DNA of 64,000 nucleotides from Heptranchias perlo (Eukaryota): NCBI RefSeq assembly GCF_035084215.1, contig NC_090358.1, positions 11,532,001 to 11,596,000 of the forward strand, read 5' to 3'. Shown piece by piece: positions 37,236 to 48,495 of this stretch (position 1 is its first letter; each line of letters starts with the position of its first letter). The notes under the pieces were generated by a model. It saw only the letters and a program-made list of their open reading frames with translations, ran no database searches and was not told where the DNA came from. The position numbers and the translations under genes were made by a program.

Positions 37236-40200
37236 TGGGGGGGGTGGACATCTCTTTCTTGAACTGGGTGAAAGTGGAGAAGATGATTGCCAGCTTGAAC
37301 AGGGAACAGGAAAGAAGAGTAATCAGATTCTTGGGAGTTGTGTCGACTTTTAGGAAGCAGCTGTTCCAGGTTGTCATCTACGGCTGCCACTATCACCCTT
37401 GGGGAAGGGAAAGTGATAGTTCACAGGACACCAGGGCACCTCTGTACCCAGTTGGCAAATAATCCAATTTTAAATTGTCTTATGAGATCAGCACCCATGG
37501 AAACATGTTGTGTGCATGATGCAGTACAGGAAGAAAGTTCTATCAGACTTGCTCTGGTGGCTTGGAGGGGGTTTATAAAGAACAATATTTAGCATTTTGT
37601 GTGTTGCAAAAATAAGAAAAATGTTTTTATCTCCATCTCCTGCACAACATGTTTCCATAAACTGAATGCACATTTTCAGATCTCAGTGATGTTAACAGAT
37701 ATGAATCCTGCCTGTGCTGATTGGGAGTGATGCTGTTGGAGCCAATATTAAAATTCCTCTGAGGCACAGCCAGTCTGATACCATCTGTAATCTTTAACTG
37801 CAACAATTCTGCAGAAATTGAGTTATGAGAAACCATAAATTATGCAACTACTGACGACGTGACTACGTACGTGTGTTGGGGGTGGAATTATAGTTTCCAT
37901 GGTTGCAGTTATTTTTAATTGAAAACATAACTGTTCAAATTAAGATGGAAGCAGTTAAATAAAAGAACACTTTGTTAAACAACTTCAGGACCAACTCAAA
38001 TATGCAGCATATCCATTACCATAATTGCAATAATGGCATTAATAGCTATTCAACATATTTTGTTTAACTTTGGCCAGATATTTTGATCTACCAGATTGGA
38101 AATAAAACCGCTGTATAAATTTTTTAAGACTCCTTATTAGGCGCATGCAGTGCTCGCAGCACTGGGATTCCACTCCGATTCAGGCATGATCCAATTTCTA
38201 GGCTAAGATCTCTCTGGGGAGCCTACTGTATATGAATGGTAGCCACACCATAAATCTCACCTGATTTGCTTGCACTGTACTTCCCCATTTCATTTGGAGA
38301 AATATGAATATTATATATACCCACATTGTTATACATGAGTCCTAGTCATAACTGGGTAATACGCTGCTTGAGAGTTCTAGCCCTTCATCTCTGGGCCCTG
38401 GGTTTCAATAATTTGGCAATAAACTTGCAGCATCATTTAGAGATTGATTGTTAATGGGTGAAATATTAAACTGGTGTGATAGGGAGTGCCCCTAAAGTTT
38501 GAGTTGAAACACTGTTGGGTCAGCAGGGACTTTTCCCAATCTGATCAGCCAATCTTTGTTGCACCTAATCTGGGAGTGATTGATAGGTGACACTGGGTAC
38601 TAAAAGTGGGAACCTTTTCCACTGCCTAGCACTGACATCCCCTGTATTGATGATCACAAGAATATATAAAACGCGCTATTCACTGTAACTGCATAGTGCT
38701 CCTGTATATGCAGCAGGATAGGGTTTCTTCACTATTAACTGAATAGAACTCCTGATTGTTCAACAGGGTAAAGGCTAAACATTCTGTAATTGTATGGAAT
38801 TGCAGTTTATTCAGGTAATTAAAAGTCACATCTATAGAATTCCTGGTCATTTGGCACAGTAAGAGTTACACATTGAGTAAACGTGTGAAGTGTTTGCTGA
38901 TTCAGCATGGGAATGCTTACACACTGTGCAACAGTATGGAGTCATTATTCACAAAGCACAGTAAGGGTTAAAAACATTTGGGCCAAAAGCACTGCATCCA
39001 GCCATCAGTAAATGTATCTGCATCTAATTATCTGGGGAATGGTTGGCGCGTTCACAATACAACGCCGAGGGAGTTTGTAATAAAGTTCCCAGAGTATTTT
39101 CATCCTGTGGAAAGCTCTGCCTGTGAGAAACTGCAGTCGTTATTGTCGGAGAGAGCAGTTCTGAACTTCCCCTCCTGGTTATCTATAAACAAATGGGCTG
39201 TTTGTTTTCAAAGCTTTATATTTAAAATCTCATCTTTGTAAATGGAGGAGCACGTCACTCATTACTGTGCAATATCAAGTTTAAAGAAATAAGATTTTCT
39301 GTTGTATGTCTGTCAGCAACTTATAAATTTCACTTCGATAAAGAGAACAGCAATGCCTGCCAAATTCTGGCATAATAAAATCTACAGGTTTGTGAGGATT
39401 TGGATTACACACAGTCTCAATAATGAAATACACATACTGTAGAGAGAGTACGCAGCACCTTAATCATTAATATTACATAGTGCCTGTACAATATTTTATG
39501 CCATAAATGATTAAAAAAGAGAATGTTAATGATACTTTCCAAATACTAATTTTAAGACTATAAAAATGTCAAAGTCAATACAAGCCAAGATTGAACAATG
39601 CACTTCTTTCCTTTCCCTATGCTTTTTAATGATCCTTTTTTCTTACATTTTTTACTTTCGGAACAAGCTTGAGGGGCTCAATTGGCCTTTTCCACTTCCT
39701 ATAATGTGTTGGAAGAAAGCTGTCAAACTAACAGAACCAGCGTGACAGCTACACACCTTTGTTTACCTAAGTTCCACATTCTGATGAAACAGTCCTTTTG
39801 TATTTTCGGTTCACTGTTGGAAAAGTACTTAATCAGGCCACTTAGATTAAAAAATTCTCCCCGCCTCCATTTTGCTTTCCCTCCTGCTCTGAAGGCACTG
39901 ACCCTTTCTGGGGTTTGGTTCTGGGGGCGTCAGGAGCTTTTCTGTACTTTGCTCAAGTGGCCATTCTTCACGTGTCAGCAAACTGTTTGAGGGTCGTCAC
40001 AATCGAGCTTGATGTGTCAGTCATACACTCGCACTTTCCAACAAGAGTCACTGGATAATAATCAGAAATGTGGACTTTGGCCAGTTTTCCCCTCCCCCCC
40101 GCCAACTCAGAGGTGCTGTGGATAATTGTAGTGTCCATTGCCCAAAATATGAAAATATTTAACATTAAAGGTCAGTTAGTTCATGAGTCTGATGATATGG

Positions 40201-40890
40201 AGCAACAACAAATTACAGTTTAATTAAGGTCTTCTTTATTTCTATTGGCATATTTGTTTTCTTTATGTCAAGAATTCACAAAGCATAAGGCTAAAGAGCA
40301 GATTTCCTATTGAACATTTTTTATTTTGAACAATGCTATTTGACAGACTGAGGGAGTATTAAAATAAATCTACACAGTGAACATAAGTCCATGAGTTGCT
40401 ATAAATGTTTATACAAGTATAGGGTGAGAGGAACTAATTCATAACAGTATAGGATAAACGCATTTAAAATACACTGTATGGAATGTACATCAGGTGCAAA
40501 GTGAACAGGTCTGACCTTTCTGCTTGAGAAGTCTGACAGATCCAGAAGGAAGGAATGAGCCTCCAGTAGGACACCAGTGTCTTGAATATTAACTTGTTTG
40601 TATGAAATTCCTTTAAAATGAATGGGTTAATGTCTCTTAAAATAGGGATCAAGGGAACGTTATACAAGCATGTTAACTGTGCTAATAGTGTGCTAATATT
40701 TGAATAGCCTAATTTCAAGACACAACTTCTTCGTAGACTAGCACCAACCATTACTCCTGGGATTGTAAGTACGCATTCCCAACTCTCATGTACAAAATGA
40801 GACAGCAAGCTCAATAAATAATATTTGAATCATTTCTTAGCTATAGGCTGATATTGCTGTTAGCAGCCACTGATCTACAATGTGCCAGCA

Positions 40891-41326
40891 CAGGTAATGG
40901 TAGTGTAGTGGATATGTTATTGGACTAATAATTCAGAGGCCTGGACTAATAATTCAGAGAATATGAGTTCAATTCCCACTATGGCAGTTTGGGAATTTGA
41001 AATCAGTTTTTAAAAAAAATCTGGAATCAGTAGCTGATAGATTCAGACCACAAAGCTGTTGCTATAAAAAACCAACTGGTTCACGAATGTCCTTTAGTGG
41101 AAGGAAACCCGCCGTCCTTACGCAGTCTGGCCTGCATGTGACTCTGGTCCCACACCAACATGGTTGACTCTTAACTGCCCTCTGAAGTGGCCTAGCAAGC
41201 CACTCAGTTGTATCAAACAATTCAAGAAGCTGGCCCACCACCCCCCCTTTCAAGGCAACTAGGGGTGGGCAATAAATGCTGGCCTTGCCAGCACTACACA
41301 CATCCTGAGAGTGAATAAAAAAAAAA
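40891..41326 (+). mobile_element. Bipartite tRNA-headed SINE, full length, partner of the LINE at 42538-45862
   Basis: A box tagtgtagtgg, B box gagttcaattcc; body matches the LINE 5' region to ccactcagttgta, then jumps to ttcaagaag...gggcaataaatgctggccttgccagc...gaataaaaaaa. Confidence 0.85.
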
Positions 41327-41816
41327 CACTTCCAACCTTTTCATCCTTCATCAGTGCATTGCTTTTATCCAGTGTTCAATAGTGATCCATAGTTATTGTT
41401 TGACCTTCAATAATGACCAGCTGAAGACTCATAAGGGAAACAGCAGCACAGATAAAAGTGTAAATAACAGAATGTGGTGCTATATAATCTCGGAGTGTGT
41501 GAGGGAACACTTTCTCTGATGGCAGAACATAATGGGCTTGAGTTCCTAATAGAAGAATTAGGATTGGTTTCCAGCCAGGAGCATCGGTCTTACTGGAACC
41601 ATGAAAGGAAATGACATGGGATGATTTTATTTTGGGGCCGGGGAGATGCCATAGCCAAAAGCACTTCAGTGAAATTAGCTTGTTAAAAAGAAGAATAGTG
41701 AATTAGATATAACAGCAGGGATTACCTGGGGTGAAGGTTGCCTGAATAAAGCATTTCATTACAAAAGACAGAAACGTTACTGATCAGTTGAGGGAAGATA
41801 TTGCATTTGTAAGAAG

Positions 41817-42003
41817 GGGGATAATTTTCCACTTTGGGCAATAGTGTAAAATGGACGATATTGAATGAGCCGCCTGTTACACACCAAGCCCGAATTTTCT
41901 TTCCATTGAAGTCAATGGAAGGGAAAATTGAGTGGGATGTATAATGGGCAGCCAATTCGATATCGTCCATTTTGTACTATCGCCCAAAGTTAAAATGACC
42001 CCC
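41817..42003. mobile_element. Fully palindromic (foldback) MITE, 187 bp
   Basis: Arms pair end to end (actttgggcaatagtgtaaaatggacgatattgaat and attcgatatcgtccattttgtactatcgcccaaagt); centre ttccattgaagtcaatggaa; TSD AAG. Confidence 0.85.
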
Positions 42004-42537
42004 AAGATGTCTTTGTTCAAAATCATATCGCCAGAGTCACATTAGCACTTTCAGATTCTTCAGGGGTTTCTTGCAGAGAACAGGAATGTTGAGCTAAACA
42101 GCAACTTGTACATCTCTTGTTCAACAGTTCTAGTGGATAGTTTTTGTCCATCAAATGAGTGTTCAGATTTAAAGAAACCAGGTTAAAATGTGGCAGATTG
42201 TAAGAACATACTATTTGATAGGGTTCAGCCTCTGAGTTTTTAATATAATTGTATTCTACATTATCAGGATTCAGACTTTGCACTTGTAATTGTTTCTAAC
42301 TGGTTTTGTTTTTAATGGGCAGGTGCCCACCGCAGTTCAGTCTCTTGTGTCACTTGTTACAAACCAGCTGTTGTTTTAATATGTCCAGCTATTAGTCTAA
42401 TGTCTCATCAAATTTCACTTGTTTCAATGCAGGCATCTCAATGCTAACAAAATATTTGCTTCACAATAGCTGATTACTCTGTACTCCAGGTTCGATGCAG
42501 CAGTGAGACACTGTCTATCTGTGGTTTCATATAGTAG

Positions 42538-45500
42538 TTTTTTTATTTTTTTTTTATTCGTTCACGGGATGTGGGCGTCGCTGGCAAGGCCGGCATTTAT
42601 TGCCCATCCCTAATTGCCCTTGAGAAGGTGGTGGTGAGCCGCCTTCTTGAACCGCTGCAGTCCGTGTGGTGACGTTTCTCCCACAATGCTGTTAGGAAGG
42701 GAGTTCCAGGATTTTGACCCAGCGTCAATGAAGGAGCGGCGATACATTTCCAAGTCGGGATGGTGTGTGACTTGGAGGGGAACGTGCAGGTGGTGTTGTT
42801 CCCATGCGCCTGCTGCCCTTGTCCTTCTAGGTGGTAGAGGTCGTGGGTTTGGGAGGTGCTGTCGAAGAAGCCTTGGCGAGTTGCTGCATTGCATCCTTTG
42901 GATGGTACATACTGCAGCCACAGTGCGCCGGTGGTGAAGGGAGTGAATGTTTAGGGTGGTGGATGGGGTGCCAATCAAGTGGGCTGCTTTATCTTGGATG
43001 GTGTCGAGCTTCTTGAGTGTTGTTGGAGCTGCACTCATCCAGGCAAGTGGAGAGTATTCCATCACACTCCTGACTTGTGCCTTGTAGATGGTGGAAAGGC
43101 TTTGGGAAGTCAGGAGGTGAGTCACTCGCTGCAGAATACCCAGCCTCTGACCTGCTCTCGTAGCCACAGTATTTATATGGCTGGTCCAGTTAAGTTTCTG
43201 GTCAATGGTGACCCCGAGGATGTTGATGGTGGGGGATTCGGCGATGGTAATGCCGTTGAATGTCAAGGGGAGGTGGTTAGACTCTCTCTTGTTGGAGATG
43301 GTCATTGCCTGGCACTTATCTGGCGCGAATGTTACTTGCCACTTATGAGCCCAAGCCTGGATGTTGTCCAGGTCTTGCTGCATGCAGGCTCGGACTGCTT
43401 CATTATCTGAGGGGTTGCGAATGGAACTGAACACTGTGCAGTCATCAGCGAACATCCCCATTTCTGACCTTATGATGGAGGGAAGGTCATTGATGAAGCA
43501 GCTGAAGATGGTTGGGCCAAGGACACTGCCCTGAGGAACTCCTGCAGCAATGCCCTGGGGCTGAGATGACTGGTCTCCAACAACCACTACCATCTTCCTT
43601 TGTGCCAGGTATGACTCCAGCCACTGGAGAGTTTTCCCCCTGATTCCCATTGACTTCAATTTTACTAGGGCTTCTTGGTGCCACACTCGGTCAAATGCTG
43701 CCTTGATGTCAAGGGCAGTCACTCTCACCTCACCTCTGGAATTCAGCTCTTTTGTCCATGTTTGGACCAAGGCTGTAATGAGGTCTGGAGCCGAGTGGTC
43801 CTGGCGGAACCCAAACTGAGCATCGGTGAGCAGGTTATTGGTGAGTAAGTGCCGCTTGATAGCACTGTCGACGACACCTTCCATCACTTTGCTGATGATT
43901 GAGAGTAGACTGATGGGGCGGTAATTGGCCGGATTGGATTTGTCCTGCTTTTTGTGGACAGGACATACCTGGGCAATTTTCCACATTGTCGGGTGGATGC
44001 CAGTGTTGTAGCTGTACTGGAACAGCTTGGCTAGAGGCGCAGCTAGTTCTGGAGCACAAGTCTTCAGCACTACAGCTGGGATGTTGTCGGGGCCCATAGC
44101 CTTTGCTGTATCCAGTGCACTCAGCCGTTTCTTGATATCACGTGGAGTGAATCGAATTGGCCGAAGACTGGCTTCCGTGATGGTGGGGATATCGGGAGGA
44201 GGCTGAGATGGATTATCCACTCGGCACTTCTGGCTGAAGATGGTTGCAAACGCTTCAGCCTTGTCTTTTGCACTCACGTGCTGGACTCCGCCATCATTGA
44301 GAATGGGGATGTTTGCAGAGCCTCCTCCTCCCGTTAGTTGTTTAATTGTCCACCACCATTCACGACTGGATGTGGCAGGACTGCAGAGCTTTGATCTGAT
44401 CCGTTGGTTGTGGAATCGCTTAGCTCTGTCTATAGCATGTTGCTTCCGCTGTTTAGCATGCATGTAGTCCTGAGTTGTAGCTTCACCAGGTTGGCACCTC
44501 ATTTTTAGGTACGCCTGGTGCTGCTCCTGGCATGCTCTTCTACACTCCTCATTGAACCAGGGTTGATCCCCTGGCTTGTTGGTAATGGTAGAGTGAGGAA
44601 TATGCCGGGCCATGAGGTTACAGATTGTGCTGGAATACAATTCTGCTGCTGCTGATGGCCCACAGCGCCTCATGGATGCCCAGTTTTGAGCTGCTAGATC
44701 CGTTCTGAATCTATCCCATTTAGCACGGTGGTAGTGCCACACAACACGTTGGATGGTGTCCTCAGTACGAAGACGGGATTTCATCTCCACGAGGACTGTG
44801 CGGTGGTCACTCCTACCAATACTGTCATGGACAGATGCATTTGCGACAGGTAGATTGGTGAGGACGAGGTCAAGTAAGTTTTTCCCTCGTGTTGGTTCGC
44901 TCACCACCTGCCGCAGGCCCAGTCTAGCAGCTATGTCCTTCAGGACTCGGCCAGCTCGGTCAGTAGTGGTGCTACCGAGCCACTCTTGGTGATGGACATT
45001 GAAGTCCCCCAACCAGAGTACATTTTGTGCCCTTGCTACCCTCAGTGCTTCCTCCAAGTGGTGTTCAACATGGAGGAGGACTGATTCATCAGCTGAGGGA
45101 GGACGGTAGGTGGTAATCAGCAGGAGGTTTCCTTGCCCATGTTTGACCTGATGCCATGAGATTTCATGGGGTCCAGAGTCAATGTTGAGGACTCCCAGGG
45201 CCACTCCCTCCTGACTGTATATCACTGTACCGCCACCTCTGGTGGGTCTGTCCTGCCGGTGGGACAGGACATACCCAGGGATGGTGATGGAAGAGTCTTG
45301 GACGTTGGCTGAAAGGTATGATTCTGTGAGTATGGCTATGTCAGGCTGTTGCTTGACTAGTCTGTGGGACAGCTCTCCCAATTTTGGCACAAGTCCCCAG
45401 ATGTTAGTAAGGAGGACCTTGCAGGGTCAACTGGGCTTGGTGTTTTGCCGTTGTCGTGTCCGGTGCCTCGTGGTCCGATGCCGGGTGGTCCGTCCGGTTT

Positions 45501-45862
45501 TATTCTTATTATGACTTTTCGTAGCGAGATTTTACAACTGAGTGGCTTGCTAGGCCATTTCAGAGGGCAATTAAGAATCAACCACATTGCTGCGGGTCTG
45601 GAGTCACATGTAGGCCAGACCGGGTAAGGGCGGCAGGCTTCCTTCCCTAAAGGACATTAGTGAACCAGATGGGTTTTTACGACAATCCGGTCGTTTCATG
45701 GCCATCATTACTGATACTGGTATTTTAATTCCAGATTTTTATTTAATTAATTGAATTTAAATTCGCCAGCTGCCGTGGCGGGATTTGAACTCATGACTCT
45801 GGATTTTAGTCCAGGCCTCTGGATTACTAGCCCAGTAACAAAACCACTATGCTACCGTACCC
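42538..45862 (-). mobile_element. Full-length single-ORF CR1-group LINE with tRNA-derived 5' head and poly(A) tail
   Basis: 5' gggtacggTAGCATAGTGG...GAGTTCAAATCC; APE-RT ORF; short 3' UTR with gggatgggc...gcccacatccc stem, AATAAA and A-tail. Confidence 0.92.
42610..45420 (-). CDS. APE endonuclease plus reverse transcriptase (about 930 aa, uninterrupted)
   Basis: LLTNIWGL, LTES, YRPP, GDFN, LDL, SDH (APE); [36 protein letters not shown] (RT). The track ORF starts at GTG 45390 but the frame is open to 45426. Confidence 0.93.
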   Translation of the reverse strand, partial: KVLLTNIWGLVPKLGELSHRLVKQQPDIAILTESYLSANVQDSSITIPGYVLSHRQDRPTRGGGTVIYSQEGVALGVLNIDSGPHEISWHQVKHGQGNLLLITTYRPPSADESVLLHVEHHLEEALRVARAQNVLWLGDFNVHHQEWLGSTTTDRAGRVLKDIAARLGLRQVVSEPTRGKNLLDLVLTNLPVANASVHDSIGRSDHRTVLVEMKSRLRTEDTIQRVVWHYHRAKWDRFRTDLAAQNWASMRRCGPSAAAELYSSTICNLMARHIPHSTITNKPGDQPWFNEECRRACQEQHQAYLKMRCQPGEATTQDYMHAKQRKQHAIDRAKRFHNQRIRSKLCSPATSSREWWWTIKQLTGGGGSANIPILNDGGVQHVSAKDKAEAFATIFSQKCRVDNPSQPPPDIPTITEASLRPIRFTPRDIKKRLSALDTAKAMGPDNIPAVVLKTCAPELAAPLAKLFQYSYNTGIHPTMWKIAQVCPVHKKQDKSNPANYRPISLLSIISKVMEGVVDSAIKRHLLTNNLLTDAQFGFRQDHSAPDLITALVQTWTKELNSRGEVRVTALDIKAAFDRVWHQEALVKLKSMGIRGKTLQWLESYLAQRKMVVVVGDQSSQPQGIAAGVPQGSVLGPTIFSCFINDLPSIIRSEMGMFADDCTVFSSIRNPSDNEAVRACMQQDLDNIQAWAHKWQVTFAPDKCQAMTISNKRESNHLPLTFNGITIAESPTINILGVTIDQKLNWTSHINTVATRAGQRLGILQRVTHLLTSQSLSTIYKAQVRSVMEYSPLAWMSAAPTTLKKLDTIQDKAAHLIGTPSTTLNIHSLHHRRTVAAVCTIQRMQCSNSPRLLRQHLPNPRPLPPRRTRAAGAWEQHHLHVPLQVTHHPDLEMYRRSFIDAGSKSWNSLPNSIVGETSPHGLQRFKKAAHHHLLKGN

Positions 45863-46737
45863 GTTCCTTAACTCTAACCAATAGATTCTGTCTTTGAACC
45901 CTCTAGTGTATCATCCCTCTGTAGAACTGTCATATTATTCTTGATCAATACTGCCACATCTCTCCCCCCCCCCCTTCTTTTTTCCTTCCCTATCCCTCCT
46001 GAATACATTGTAACCAGGAATGTTTAGTTCCCATTCCTGCCCATGTTTAAACCAGGTCTTTGTTACAGCCACTATATCATAACCACATGTGGCAACTTGT
46101 GCCTGCAGCTCGTCAAACTTATTTGTAACACTCCTCACATTAACACACATGCATTCCTAAACCTTGCTGGTCTGCTTTGCTTTCTCCCTCCATCTAATTC
46201 CTGCTCTTTCTACGCTTCTTTATTCTGTTGCTGTTTGTCCCTTCTAATTTTCTGTACACATTGTCTCTCCTCTCTGCTGCTACATCCTGGTTCCCCTACC
46301 CCAGCCAAATTATTTTAAACCCTTCCCCACAGCACTAGTCAACCTATCTGTGAGGACAATGGTCCCAGCTCTATTCAGGTGCAACCCATCTGGCTTATAC
46401 AGGTCCCTCCTGCCTCTGAACAGGTCCCAATGCCCCAGGAATCTGAAGCCCTCCCTCCTGCACCACTTCTCCAGCCATGCATTCACCTGCAGTAGCTTCC
46501 TGTTTCTGTACTCTCTAGCACGTGGCACAGGGAGTAATCCAGAGATTACCACCTTTGAGGTTCTGTTCTTTAGTCTTTTTCCTAGCTCATGAAACTCTTC
46601 CTGTAGGACCTCAACCCTTTTCCTAGCTGTGTCATTGGTTCCAACATGGACCAAGACTTCTGGCCGTTCCCCTTCTCCTCGCAGAATTTCCTGCACCCAT
46701 TCAGTGATATCCTTTACCGTGGCACCAGGGAGGCACA
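45863..46737 (-). mobile_element. CR1 5'-internal fragment (ORF1 SGNH esterase part plus start of APE)
   Basis: CLPGATVKDI...VHVGTND...DGLHLN; CVNVRSVTNKFDEL...GYNVFRRDR. Confidence 0.9.
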
Positions 46738-47154
46738 ATTCAGGACTCAAATTGTCCTGTTTTTAGGGGGTAGGGAGGTGGAGTCCAAATTTATTGTATT
46801 TACAGTATCATGATTCCATACGTGGTAATTTAACACTGGAGGTACATTAAAACGTCAGGTCAAAAAATGGGTTCAGTGACTTAAAACTAACTCAGCAAGC
46901 TGGAAATTATGACCTTGACCCCTATTAATTATAATGGCGCAATACAAACTCCACAGTTGTGACTAATAATTAAATGACTTTGACTCACATAACAAGTTGA
47001 AGCAGTTAAAATGCTTAAAAAGAGACCAGATGTATTAGGGACCGCTCTCAATCTCCAGTGCTCATCACAAAGCAGGGGAGGATGTTGTCGAATTGTTAAA
47101 TACCATCTTCTGTATAAAGGAACATGGCTTGATGACCTATGAAGAACAGGAACC

Positions 47155-48495
47155 GTTATAAATCACTGTTTAGAACTCATCTGGAATATTGTGTCCAATT
47201 CTGGGCACTACTCTTTAATAGGAAGAATGTCAAGGCCTTTGAGAGGGTGCAGAGGAGATTTACGAGAACGGTCCACGGATGAGGGACTTCAGTTATGTGG
47301 AGAGACTACAGAAGCTGGGATTGTTCTCCTTAGAGCAGAGATGGTTAAGGGGAGATTTGATAGAGGTGTTCAAAAATGGTTTTGATAGAGTGAATAAGGA
47401 GAACTCTTTTCCACTGGCAGGAGGGTCAGCAACCAGAGGACACAGATTTAAGGGGGGGCAATTGCGGGTGCCTTGGAGGCAGGGGGGCTCCAAAAATCAC
47501 GGAAATTCCGTTTGGGTTCGGAAGGCTGATCCAACCCGCCGACTTCTGAGTTTCCCAGAGACCCACCTGTGTGCGCGTGGGTGACCCGAGAATGGAAATC
47601 CCGCCGACTTCAATTAAAGCCGGCAGGATGACAGTTAAAGAGCCAAATGTAACTCATTGAGTTACCTGTGACAGATGAAGTGATTAGAACAATTTTTAAC
47701 TTACCTGGGGGGCTTGCCTTGCCCACCGCTTCTGATTCACGCCAGGCGTGAAGGGCCGAATCAGGGAACAAGAAACTAAATAAATTATATAAAAAACCTT
47801 GGAAGAAAGTGAAAACACTAAATGAATCCACCTTTGAAATCTGCTCCGATGTCCGATATCTCCCTCTCTGATATCCCATTCTTCACCCACCCCCCATCCC
47901 CCCATTGTCCTCCCGATCTTCCCCGATCTTCACCTCTCCCCTCCAATCTGCCCCTCTCCCCCACCCCGGTCTTCCAATCCAGCGCCAGATGACGTCTCGC
48001 TCACTCTCTCTTTCTTGCCCTCCCCATCCCCCGCGTTGCAGCTCCTGACGGCAGCCAGTCTGTCGATCAGGCTGGCTGCTGGGTGCGAAACCCGGAGAGG
48101 ACGTTAATCATCAGCAATCAACATGCAATCGCGTCGGAAACGGTAAGTTTTGTTCATGTGGGTTTGCCACGCGCACCTTCACCCCCCTCCCCCCCGCTGC
48201 CAACCCGCCACCATTGCAAAATCGAGCCCAAGTAATTGGCAAAAGATCCGGAGGGGGGATGAGGAGAATTTTGTTTACACAGTGGGTTGTGATCTGAAAT
48301 GCATTGCCTGAAAGGGTGGTGGAAGCAAATTCAACTGTTATTTTCAAAAGGGAATTGGATATATACTTGAAGAGGAAAGATTTGCAGGGGTATGGGGAAA
48401 GAGCAGGGTAGTGGGACTAATTGGATAGCTCTTTCAAAGAGCCGACACAGGCAGGATGGGCTGAATAGCCTCCTTCTGTGCTGTATGATTCTATG
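47155..48495 (+). mobile_element. CR1 3' fragment split by a nested MITE
   Basis: YVERLQKLGLFSLEQRWLRGD...TRGHRFK resumes at 48233 (taattggcaaaaga); tail tatgattctatga. Confidence 0.88.
47453..48229. mobile_element. Harbinger-type non-autonomous element nested in CR1
   Basis: Ends ggggggcaattg and aaaatcgagccc, TSD AAG; shares the aatcccgcc...caattaaagccggc subterminal core with the 16030-16130 and 63240-63280 regions. Confidence 0.85.

Noticed and set aside
42610-45390. Bacterial retron, group II intron or DGR reverse transcriptase
   Set aside because: The N-terminal APE domain, [12 protein letters not shown] motifs and poly(A) tail identify a non-LTR retrotransposon
42647-45627. Several plus-strand ORFs over the LINE
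   Set aside because: Antisense shadows of the GC-rich RT ORF with no recognisable motifs
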